From: an uncultured Actinomycetes bacterium
Lineage (GTDB): Bacteria; Actinomycetota; Acidimicrobiia; Acidimicrobiales; CADCSY01
Assembly (NCBI GenBank): GCA_963743945.1
Contig: CAVURO010000010.1
Span: 418,156-482,155, forward strand
Reading direction: 5' to 3'
Length of the DNA: 64,000 nucleotides
Shown here: piece after piece, positions 8,373 to 17,223 of the stretch
Numbering within the stretch: position 1 is the stretch's first letter
Layout: the number at the start of each line of letters is the position of its first letter
Notes under the pieces: model-generated
The model's database searches: none
What the model was told of the DNA's origin: nothing
The model's input: only the letters and a program-made list of their open reading frames with translations
Program-made: the position numbers and the translations under genes

Positions 8373-10166
8373 CTACGCGCGATAGCCCGCGTCGAACGCC
8401 GCCGTCTCGGCAGCGTCGAGGTTGGCTTCCACGATGTCGAGTCCTCCGTCCCAGAAACCCGGGTCGGCCAGGTCGCAGCCCACGATGTTGCCCAGGGTCT
8501 CGGGAGCCATCGACCCGCCCGACGACAACAGGTTGAGGTAGCGGGGCACGAAGTCCGACCCTTGTTCCTCGTAGCGGCGGTAGACGGACAAGGCCAGGAG
8601 CTGCCCGTAGGAATACGCGTAGACGTAGCCCGGCGTGCCGATGAAGTGCGGGATGTACGACCACCACGACCGGTAGCCCTCGGTGATCTCGACGCTGTCG
8701 CCAACCATCTCCAGCTGGCTTTGCTGCCACAGATCGCCGAATCGCTCGACCGACAACTCGCCCTCGCCCCGGCGGGCCTCGTGGACCAAGCTCTCGAAGC
8801 GGTTCATGGCGGTCTGGCGAAAGACCGTGGCGATGGCTCCCTCGATGTTCTCGGCCAACAGGGCGAGGCGTGCCTGGGGGGAATCGGTCGCCTCCAACAG
8901 ACGTCCGAAGACCACCGTCTCGCCGAACACGGAGGCCGTCTCGGCCAGGGTGAGCGGCGTGGACTGATGGAAGATGCCCTGCTCGCGGGCCATCCACGCA
9001 TGGAGGCCGTGGCCGAGCTCGTGCGCCAGGGTGAGCACGTCCCTGCGTCGGGAGGTGTAGTTGACCAACACGTAGGGGTGCACCGAGGGGACGGTGTACG
9101 AGCAGAACGCGCCGGGTCGCTTGCCGGGGACGGCAGGGGCATCGATCCATCGCTCGTCGAAGAAGCGCCGGGCGACCGTCGCCATCTGCGGCGAGAACGA
9201 CTCGTAGCTGTCGAGCACGAGCGTGCGGGCCTCGTCCCAGCCGATCTGGGTGTCCTCGGTCTCGAGGCTCGCCATGCGGTCGAAGTCGGCGAGGCGGTCG
9301 AGGCCGAGCAACCTGGCCTTCAGCCGGTACCAGCGTTGAGGAATGTCGTTGCGGCGGCGCACGGCGTCGACCAGCGCCTCGACCGACTCGTCACTCGCCT
9401 CGTTCGAGAGGTTGCGGCTCGACAACCAGCTCGGATAGCTCCGCAGCCGGTCGTTGACGGCCTTGTCGTGCAACAAGGTGTTGAAGATGAAGGCCCGGGT
9501 GCGCAGACCGGGTTCGAGGGACGCCGTCACGGCCTCGGCAGAGGCCTGGCGGACGTTGCGATCGGGAGAGGCGAGGCGGGAGAGCGCCTCTTCGAGCGTG
9601 ACGGTTGCGCCGTCGAGGGTGGCCTCGAGGGCAGAGGTCAACTCACCGAAGAGCCGCACCCACGCCGAGGAGCCGGTCACCGACTTCTCGGTCAGGATCT
9701 TCTCCTCCGGCTCGCTCAACAGGTGGGGGCGATAGCGCCGAGCCGCCTCGAGGTGGTGGCGGGCAAAGGTCAATCGGTCATCGGCCAGCAGAGCGGCGAC
9801 CCGATCGTCGTCGAGCGCCGCCCATTCGAGATCGAAGAACAACAGCTCGGTGCTGATGGCCGTCGCCCGCTCCTGCACCCGCTGCACGAGCGCTCCCCGA
9901 GCCGGGTCGGCCATGTTGGTCGAGAACGCCAGGCCGGCATAGGAACCAACCCGACCGATCAGCTCGGATACCTCCGCCAGCCCGGTCATGAACGCCGCCA
10001 GGTCGCCGGCGTCGAAGCCGGCAAGTTGCCCTCGCCTGGACGCCAGCTCGGACGCCCGCCGAGCCGCTTCGTCCAACATCGCGTCGATGGCCTCATCACC
10101 CCTGCCGTCCAGCAGGTGGGTGAGGTCCCACCGGACATCAAGGGCCTCAACCTCGGTTGTCGTCAT
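8373..10166 (-). CDS. pepF: oligoendopeptidase F family (M3B) metallopeptidase
   Basis: 597 aa. Zinc motif HELGHGLH. Length and overall pattern fit PepF. Confidence 0.9.
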   Translation of the reverse strand: MTTTEVEALDVRWDLTHLLDGRGDEAIDAMLDEAARRASELASRRGQLAGFDAGDLAAFMTGLAEVSELIGRVGSYAGLAFSTNMADPARGALVQRVQERATAISTELLFFDLEWAALDDDRVAALLADDRLTFARHHLEAARRYRPHLLSEPEEKILTEKSVTGSSAWVRLFGELTSALEATLDGATVTLEEALSRLASPDRNVRQASAEAVTASLEPGLRTRAFIFNTLLHDKAVNDRLRSYPSWLSSRNLSNEASDESVEALVDAVRRRNDIPQRWYRLKARLLGLDRLADFDRMASLETEDTQIGWDEARTLVLDSYESFSPQMATVARRFFDERWIDAPAVPGKRPGAFCSYTVPSVHPYVLVNYTSRRRDVLTLAHELGHGLHAWMAREQGIFHQSTPLTLAETASVFGETVVFGRLLEATDSPQARLALLAENIEGAIATVFRQTAMNRFESLVHEARRGEGELSVERFGDLWQQSQLEMVGDSVEITEGYRSWWSYIPHFIGTPGYVYAYSYGQLLALSVYRRYEEQGSDFVPRYLNLLSSGGSMAPETLGNIVGCDLADPGFWDGGLDIVEANLDAAETAAFDAGYRA

Positions 10167-10207
10167 GGCCGCCGAGTCTACGAGTGCGAAGCTGTGGCTG
10201 CCGATGA
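10113..10207. repeat. direct repeat copy A (functional pepF codons 1-18 plus ~40 nt upstream)
   Basis: A 40-mer caggtgggtgaggtcccaccggacatcaagggcctcaacc and the next 26 nt are identical to copy B. Similarity decays by ~10207. Confidence 0.9.
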
Positions 10208-10241
10208 AGAGCGAAGGGCTACTTCAAGCCTCCCGTTGATG

Positions 10242-10676
10242 TCAGCCGTCAACCAGGAGTTCGACGTCCACACCGAGGGCCCGGTACGTGCCGAGCGCAC
10301 GTCGGTCACGGGTGACGAGAACGATTCCATGCTCGACCGCCGCCGAACCTACGAGCGCGTCGTAGACGGATCCACCGGCAACCCCGCTCACAACGAGTTG
10401 CGCCAACAGGACACCGGCTCTTTCAGCGGAAAGGAAGCGGCTTTCCGGGAAGTTGGCAGCAATCAAAGCCACCACCGTTGCAGGCGACCGCCGAGCAGGG
10501 GGCGCCAGGCGCGTCAGCACCGAGAACGTCTCGAAGACGGCATGCCCCGCAAGGCCGAGAACCCGGTCGCCGAGTGCTTGAGTCGTCGCCTCGTGCTGTT
10601 GGTGATCGCCGACAACAAGCGCCACCGCCACGCTGGTGTCAACAAGCGCATCGGGGGCCCTACTGCTGGTCGCCAT
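10242..10676 (-). CDS. vapC: PIN-domain ribonuclease toxin VapC
   Basis: MATSSRAPDALVDTSVAVAL start with the conserved acidic D, later SVYDALV and LVTRD. Start at ATG 10676 inside tracked ORF 10242..10715. 17-nt overlap with the upstream antitoxin gene. Confidence 0.8.
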   Translation of the reverse strand: MATSSRAPDALVDTSVAVALVVGDHQQHEATTQALGDRVLGLAGHAVFETFSVLTRLAPPARRSPATVVALIAANFPESRFLSAERAGVLLAQLVVSGVAGGSVYDALVGSAAVEHGIVLVTRDRRALGTYRALGVDVELLVDG

Positions 10677-10893
10677 CACGCAACATTTGAACGTCCTGGT
10701 CGTCGATGGTGACACCCGATGGCGGAATCACCAGACGACCCCCACGCTGCTCCAAACCCTCGCCGGCGATGGGCTCCAGCCGGAGCCCCGTTCCGTCCGC
10801 AACGACCTCGACAACACCTGGTCGCAGTCCCAATCGATCTCGCAATGCCTTGGGAATGACCAAACGTCCTGCCTGATCAATGGTTGCACGCAT
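10660..10893 (-). CDS. vapB: AbrB/SpoVT-type antitoxin VapB
   Basis: MRATIDQAGRLVIPKALRDRLGL is the classic SpoVT/AbrB swapped-hairpin motif. Start at ATG 10893 inside tracked ORF 10660..11010. Confidence 0.8.
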   Translation of the reverse strand: MRATIDQAGRLVIPKALRDRLGLRPGVVEVVADGTGLRLEPIAGEGLEQRGGRLVIPPSGVTIDDQDVQMLRDGDQQ

Positions 10894-10959
10894 GCCATTA
10901 TGATACCAGTAAACTGGCTGAATCCTTGATCCCCCCTTCGACCCAGCCCCACCCCCACA

Positions 10960-11075
10960 GAGCGGCCGTGAGTTCAAGAAATATTGCGTCGTTGGGCTCC
11001 ATCGGCGCATCGTCGTCGAGGGAGGTCATCTTCGCCAAGAACGTCACCGAGACGTTGCACCAGCTGATCCCGCCC
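10960..11075 (+). pseudogene. cysteine desulfurase (sufS-like) gene fragment
   Basis: 11001-11057 matches sufS 15634-15690 at 55 of 57 nt. Translation IGASSSREVIFAKNVTETL versus SufS IGASSSNEVIFAKNVTETL. Weaker protein similarity extends ~40 nt to the left. No start and no continuation. Confidence 0.8.
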
Positions 11076-11347
11076 GTGCTGGTGAACCTCACTGACTTCG
11101 CCTTCGAATCGAGCGCGGATCCGGGCCTTCGGTACGAGGTCAACCGCGGCCCCCTGGCAGCTGGGACGAGATCGCCACCGTGAGACACTACCTGCCCGAA
11201 CGGCGAGAAGGTCCGCCTCGACGCGCTGTTGCAGCTCGAGCTCACCGTCGAGGACCCGTGGGCCCCTGGCTGGGTACCGCTCTACGGCTTCATCGAGCAG
11301 TGCTTCGTCGGGATCGGGCTGGTACTCGACGGGCTCGAAGCCCTCGA

Positions 11348-11431
11348 GTGACTTGAACCTGGTGCCGTTTCGCGACCGTTACCGTCGAGAGAAGGCATCA
11401 GTTTCAAGTTCTGACTTGAATCTGTAGCCGT
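11348..11431. promoter_or_regulatory. candidate operator/promoter region of the AbiEi-like gene
   Basis: 21-bp direct repeats tgacttgaacctggtgccgtt (11348-11368) and tgacttgaatctgtagccgtt (11411-11431). Inverted repeat ttcaagt-tctg-acttgaa at 11402-11419. Another gacttga lies on the opposite strand at 11465-11471. Locally AT-richer. Confidence 0.5.
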
Positions 11432-11460
11432 TATACGACATATGCAGTGGCGTTTCGGCC

Positions 11461-12381
11461 ATGAAGTCAAGTCCGCCGCCAGGCCACTGGCAAAGCCCTG
11501 TCGGTGCTGAGCGACGCGTGCCGGGGTGGGCGCAGGGGGTCGTCGCTGCATTGGCCCGCGATCAACCCAGGGTGGTGACCCGAACAGATGTGGACGCCCT
11601 CCTCCACGAGCTCGGCGTGGTGCGCGGCACCGATGACGCCATCGCTGAGCTGCGGCGGCTCGGCTGGCTCGTGCACCTCGGCATCGCGGGGACGTGGACC
11701 TTCATCCCGCCCGGCCAGGCCGAGGTCGTCGATCCCTACCTCGGCTTGCGAGCCTGGGACCGGATCGCCTCGCCCGGCTTCCACCTCAGCGGCGCCAACG
11801 CCGCGTGGTTCCTCGGGTACCTCGACCGGGCCTCCGACGGCAAGGCGCAGATCCTCCTGCGCGCCGAAACCTTGCTGCCCAAGGGACTTCGCGCTTCGGT
11901 GTCAACGCTTCGGTGTCAACACTCCGACTGCCTTGGTCGCCCAGCCCGCACGCCCTCGAACCAACACAGCGGTACCTCATGCGGCGCCGGCTCGACCTCG
12001 TCCGCTGGTCCGACGGTCTTCCCTGCATCGGGCCCCGAAGCACTTCTGGCCCAGCTCGCGCTCCGCCCCGCCTCCTTCAAGCCTTGGGATGACCTCATCG
12101 CACATCTCCCACGCCTGGTGGAGGACACCGACGACGATCGCCTCACCCAGCTACTCGAAGGGTCCTCCGCCGCAGCCTGGCAGCGCTCTGCCTACCTGCT
12201 CCACGCCGGAGGCTCACCGCAGCGAGGGATCGCCCTGTTCGATGCCGCCCCCCTCGATCGCTGGCCGGTGACCGTCTTCGCCGTCGGCGAGACCACGAAC
12301 GACGATGGGCTGTGGGTTCCGCAGTACGAGCTGGTCGACCGGCTCGTCCACCCGACGCAAGCACAGCTGGGAAAGGCCTGA
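11461..12381 (+). pseudogene. AbiEi-like (type IV TA antitoxin/transcriptional regulator), internally frameshifted
   Basis: The N-terminus VVTRTDVDALLHELG...ELRRLGWLVHLGIAGTWTFIPPG resembles AbiEi wHTH proteins. A 14-bp tandem duplication at 11892-11920 plus an extra C in the run 12033-12036 put ~42 codons out of frame. The alternative frame reads RYLMRRRLDLVRWSDGLPCIGP. Confidence 0.6.
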
Positions 12382-12382
12382 C

Positions 12383-12646
12383 GTGGCAGAGCTCACACGG
12401 GCGCTCATCGTGAACCACGGCCGCGGACGCAACGAGGCCTTCGGACCCGCGCTCCTCGACGTCGCCGAGGCCGAAGCCTGCGCCGAGAAGCTCGCCCGAT
12501 ACCGGCGAGTCCCCTACGCCCGCGACCTCTACGACCTCGCCTGGTTCGCCGGCCGCCACCTCGGCGACGACGAGCGTCGCTGGGCGGCGTGCGACCACCG
12601 ACACCGCGAGGAGATCGAGGCAGCGATCTCGGCTCTCCGGGGCTGA
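12383..12646 (+). pseudogene. truncated AbiEii-like nucleotidyltransferase toxin remnant (87 codons)
   Basis: GTG 12383 lies 1 nt after the AbiEi-like stop. ACAEKLARYRR..ARDLYDLAWFA resembles the C-terminal EK..A...R....RDlyDl signature of AbiEii/DUF1814. The nucleotidyltransferase core is absent. Confidence 0.5.
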
Positions 12647-12750
12647 CCCGGACCGCGCCGGACGGCCGGTCACGTTGGTCACAAAGTTGGTCACGGATTT
12701 CGCAGCACGAGCCGCCAGGCCGACGCAGCGATCCGCTTGTTGAGCGGCGT

Positions 12751-13539
12751 CTACTCCAGCCGGTTGGCCGTGATGAGGACGGTCTCGAATTCCATGACGA
12801 ACGACCCGCCGAAGTCATCGATGGCCGTTCGAATCCCTTCGAACAGCCGCGCTTGGACGACGGCGTCCAGGGCGGTGTGGTCGCTACGTGAGAGAAGCTG
12901 CTCCAACCACTGGTCCCTCTGGTAGGTCTGGCTCCAGGGAAACCACGTCTCGGTCGGGGCATCGAATTCGGGTACCGCCGCGATCGCGTCGAGCTCCCTG
13001 GGCGAGTCCGATCTCCGGTCGGTTGATCGGTTGGCACCGTAGCCCCTGAAGACGGTGTGAACGCCACTCGGCGACGCGCTCGCGTACACCTCGGTGAGAA
13101 CGTCGGCGAGATCGTCGGGCGGAGATCCGCAGTTCCAGATCAGGCCGATTCGTCCCCCGGGGCGCAGCACAGAGGCGGCTTTCGCCGTCGCGACCGGGAG
13201 GTCGAGCCAATGCCACGCCTGCGCCGAGGCCACCCGATCAAACGTGCGGCCGGCGGGCTCCCAATCCTCGAAGGCGCCGACTTCGACGTCGATGCCGTGG
13301 CTGCGAGCGATCTCTGCCATCCGTGGAGCGACTTCCACGCCGAGGACTTTGGCGCCCCGCTCGGCGATCTGTCGCGCCGCTATGCCGGTGCCGCACCCGA
13401 CGTCGAGCACCTTGAGCTCCGACGGTTTCGGACCGAGCAGCGCGTCGATCACCGAGTCGGGGTACCGCGGGCGGTACCGGTCGTAGCGCTGGGCCTCCTG
13501 GTCGAACAACCTCGATCGTTCTCGGGCTAACGGTTTCAT
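12751..13539 (-). CDS. class I SAM-dependent methyltransferase
   Basis: VLDVGCGTGIAARQIAERG (motif I). Start at ATG 13539 (MKPLARERS) inside tracked ORF 12751..13686. Confidence 0.85.
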   Translation of the reverse strand: MKPLARERSRLFDQEAQRYDRYRPRYPDSVIDALLGPKPSELKVLDVGCGTGIAARQIAERGAKVLGVEVAPRMAEIARSHGIDVEVGAFEDWEPAGRTFDRVASAQAWHWLDLPVATAKAASVLRPGGRIGLIWNCGSPPDDLADVLTEVYASASPSGVHTVFRGYGANRSTDRRSDSPRELDAIAAVPEFDAPTETWFPWSQTYQRDQWLEQLLSRSDHTALDAVVQARLFEGIRTAIDDFGGSFVMEFETVLITANRLE

Positions 13540-13775
13540 TCCACGTCCTCTTCGGGCTGAACTCGAGAAACAGCGCGAGGACATCGTCGGCCAAGCAGAA
13601 CGGACACTACAAACTGCCTTCGGGCCGGGCCTGTGAGTTTGTCCTCCTGCGCTCACCGTCGTCGGCCGCCCCGCCCGATTCGGCATTCTGCCCTGGTGTC
13701 AGTGAACGCGCGCGCCGCTTTGTGATAATGGTGCCCCGAACGCCGGCCGGGCGCCCGACACCACCTGCCGCCCAA

Positions 13776-13872
13776 CAGGTGGGTGAGGTCCCACCGGACA
13801 TCAAGGGCCTCAACCCTCGGTTGTCGTCATGGCCGCCGAGTCGACGGGAGCGAGGTGTGGCTGCCGGATGGG
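13776..13872. repeat. direct repeat copy B (relic pepF start, frameshifted)
   Basis: Same orientation as copy A. One extra C after ...ctcaacc makes the relic read MTTTEG-stop from the pseudo-start at 13820. Confidence 0.9.
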
Positions 13873-13988
13873 GCGCGTGGCTCATCCAAGCTCCACGTGA
13901 GGGCCATCCGGAGCCTCACGTGACCATCGTGCCTTTCTGTCATCGTGAGGCAACAGTGCCGAAACGACCGCTGGATACCCTCGCCTCC

Positions 13989-14540
13989 ATGCCGCTGCCC
14001 CTGCTGGTCAACTTCATCGGTGGCTCCGAGGGACCTTGGAGTGTGACGAGCCAGAAAGCTGTCACGGGGCCCGATCTTCCCATGGTTCCGTTCGTACGGG
14101 TTGTGGAAGGCCGAGTGCTCGCTCGACCGCCGGCCGGTTGGGCGCTCCAGGGCGTGACGAGCAACGAACGCTACGTCGAGCGGGCCGAACGGGTCGCCCT
14201 GAGCGATCGGCAGGAACCGCTCGGTCGTTCGGATGCGACCTGCGCGGCGCTCATCCCCATCACGAAATCGCCCGCGTGGTGGGATCTGACCCAGGACCAA
14301 CGACGAGCGATCCTCGAAACCCGCTCTCGCCACATCGCCATCGGTCTGGAATACCTACCGGCGATCGCCCGCCGCCTTCACCACGGTCGTGACATCCGCG
14401 CGGAGTTCGACTTCCTGACCTGGTTCGAGTTCCCGCCCGAGGCAACCGAGGAGTTCGAGGATCTCGTGGGCCGCCTCCGGGCGACCGAGGAGTGGTCCTA
14501 CGTCGAACGGGAGGTGGACATCCGACTCGCTCGCCAATGA
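13989..14540 (+). CDS. chlorite dismutase family protein (short form)
   Basis: 183 aa from ATG 13989. IPITKSPAWWDLTQDQRR, IGLEYLPAIARRLHHGRD, EFDFLTWFEF and TEEWSYVEREVD match the Cld/HemQ-family C-terminal domain. Confidence 0.8.
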   Translation: MPLPLLVNFIGGSEGPWSVTSQKAVTGPDLPMVPFVRVVEGRVLARPPAGWALQGVTSNERYVERAERVALSDRQEPLGRSDATCAALIPITKSPAWWDLTQDQRRAILETRSRHIAIGLEYLPAIARRLHHGRDIRAEFDFLTWFEFPPEATEEFEDLVGRLRATEEWSYVEREVDIRLARQ

Positions 14541-14574
14541 TCCACCGGTCAACCAGGCGCTCTTGGCTCGGATG

Positions 14575-14604
14575 AATTTCTCCTATCTGGGTAGTGCTAA
14601 TGCC
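14575..14604. promoter_or_regulatory. conserved AT-rich motif upstream of sufC-sufS-sufU (site 1)
   Basis: aatttctcctat-ctggg-tagt-gct-aat-gcc. The 12-mer aatttctcctat and the tagt/aat/gcc blocks recur at 28214-28244 upstream of sufB. Confidence 0.55.
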
Positions 14605-14629
14605 TGAGGCCATGTCCTAGAATGAGGGC

Positions 14630-15384
<755 letters not shown>

Positions 15385-15388
<4 letters not shown>

Positions 15389-16626
15389 CGCCGGCGGCGC
15401 TCACCCTCGACGTCGAGCGGGTCCGCAAGGACTTTCCGATCTACGACACCTACGCAGGAAGGCCGTTCGTCTTTCTCGACTCCGCTGCGTCGTCCCAGAA
15501 GCCCCGAGCCGTGCTCGATGCGATGACCAACTACTACGAGACCACCCACGCCAACGTGCACCGGGGCGTCTACGCGATTGCGGAGCATGCGACCGAGCTC
15601 TACGAGGGATCCCGGACCAGGATCGCCCGCTTCATCGGCGCATCGTCGTCGAACGAGGTCATCTTCGCCAAGAACGTCACCGAGACGTTGAACCTGGTCG
15701 CCCAGACCTGGGGACGGGCCAACCTTGGACCCGACGACGCCGTGCTGCTCACCGAGATGGAGCACCACGCCAACATCGTGCCCTGGCTCATGTTGGCCGA
15801 ACACATCGGCTTTGAGCTGCGCTACCTTGGCATCACCGAGGACGGTCTGCTCGACCTCTCCGATCTCGACGCGAAGCTCGACGGGGTCAAGTTGGTCGGA
15901 TTGACCGCCATGTCCAACGTGCTCGGAACGCTCACGCCGGTTCGCCGCATTGCCGATGCCGCCCACGCGGCGGGCGCCGTCGTCGTCGTCGACGCAGCCC
16001 AGTACACCCCGCACATGCACACCCGGGTGCACGATCTCGGCGCCGACTTCCTCGGCTTCACCGGCCACAAGATGCTCGGCCCGACCGGTGTCGGCGTGTT
16101 GTGGGGACGAGAGGCGTTGCTGGACGCGATGCCCCCGTTCCTGGGCGGCGGCGACATGATCCGCGATGTCCGCCTCGACGGGTTCACGCCAAACGAGTTG
16201 CCCTGGAAGTTCGAGGCGGGCACACCGCCGATCGCCGAGGCCATCGGGCTGGGCATGGCCATCGACGAGTTGGAGCGCTACGACCTCGACGCCATCCGGG
16301 CCCACGAGATTCAGGTCACGGGCTATGCCCTGGCCTCACTGGCGGATCGCTTCGGCGACGACTTCACCGTCCACGGACCGCTCGACCCGACGCTTCGAGG
16401 TGGGGTGTTGTCCTTTGCCTTCAAGGGCATTCACCCCCACGACCTCTCCCAGGTGCTCGACCAGTCGGGCGTCTGTGTGCGTGCCGGCCACCACTGCGCA
16501 AAGCCCCTCATGCGTCGTCTGGGTGTCGGCGCAACCGCGCGGGCATCCTTTTACGTGTACAACAATGAGGCTGATGTTGACGCGCTGGCCGAAGCGCTTG
16601 TAGTCGCCGCCGATCTGTTCGGCTGA
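15385..16626 (+). CDS. sufS: cysteine desulfurase SufS
   Basis: Start at ATG 15385 (MTPAALTLDVERVRKDFPIY). HANIVPW, FTGHKMLGPTG (PLP lysine) and RAGHHCAKP (active-site Cys) are present. The tracked ORF begins spuriously at 15019. Confidence 0.92.
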
Positions 16627-16645
16627 TTCAGGAGACCGTAGAACG

Positions 16646-17149
16646 ATGCCTGGCCTCGAAGACCTCTACCGAGAGATCATCCTCGATCACTACCGCAACC
16701 CCCGAAACCGCGGCGAGCTGCCGAGCCCTCCCGCGCATCGGGTCGAGGGGTTCAACCCGCTCTGCGGTGACGAGATCGTGCTGTACGTCGACGTCGATGA
16801 CACCGGCACCGTCTCGGACCTGAAGATCAGCGGACAGGGGTGTTCGATCAGCCAGTCTTCGGCCTCCATGATGTCAGCGGCGATCAAGGGAAAGAGCGTC
16901 GAGGAGGCCCGGGCACTGACCCGTGCGTTCAAGGCGCTCATGTCGATTCACGAGTCGAAGCTCGAAAGCGAGAGCGCGGGGCCGGCACCCGACGGAAGTG
17001 GCACCGACACGCCGGTTCCCGACCCTGCCGTCAAGCTCGGCGACCTCGAAGCCCTGCAGGGCGTGGTCAAGTTTCCCGTGCGAATCAAGTGCGCGACCCT
17101 GTCGTGGAACACGCTCACCCAGGCACTCGACGAGGCCGCCGCAACCTGA
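16646..17149 (+). CDS. sufU: SUF-type Fe-S scaffold SufU (NifU-like N-terminal domain)
   Basis: LYREIILDHYRNPRN, NPLCGD, GQGCSIS and KCATLSW cysteine ligands. Contains a ~30-aa low-complexity insert (ESKLESESAGPAPDGSGTDTPVPDP). Confidence 0.9.
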   Translation: MPGLEDLYREIILDHYRNPRNRGELPSPPAHRVEGFNPLCGDEIVLYVDVDDTGTVSDLKISGQGCSISQSSASMMSAAIKGKSVEEARALTRAFKALMSIHESKLESESAGPAPDGSGTDTPVPDPAVKLGDLEALQGVVKFPVRIKCATLSWNTLTQALDEAAAT

Positions 17150-17155
17150 TCGCCT

Positions 17156-17178
17156 CAGCCCGCGTCCTGCTCGGGCTG
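17156..17178 (+). terminator. possible terminator hairpin after sufU
   Basis: 7-bp stem cagcccg / cgggctg with a 9-nt loop, followed by ggtatcttgg (weak U tract). Confidence 0.35.
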
Positions 17179-17199
17179 GGTATCTTGGGTGGCATCCAA

Positions 17200-17223
17200 G
17201 ATGTAAGCGTATATGCTTACATC
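17200..17223. promoter_or_regulatory. perfect 24-bp palindrome (candidate operator) overlapping the HTH gene start codon
   Basis: GATGTAAGC-gtatat-GCTTACATC. The ATG of the HTH gene (17213) lies inside the right half. Confidence 0.7.

Larger units (their letters stand above)
10113..13872. mobile_element. decaying integrated island bounded by direct repeats of the pepF 5' end (no integrase left)
   Basis: Direct repeats at 10113-10207 and 13776-13872. The interior holds TA modules, pseudogenes and a methyltransferase. See findings. Confidence 0.6.

Noticed and set aside
7854-10712. 952-aa plus-strand ORF covering the GT2, pepF and vapC loci
   Set aside because: It is antisense to genes with clear family motifs (HELGH, GT2 motifs). 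Its translation is Arg/Gly/Ala/Pro-rich with no recognisable domain. This is the typical shadow ORF of high-GC DNA.
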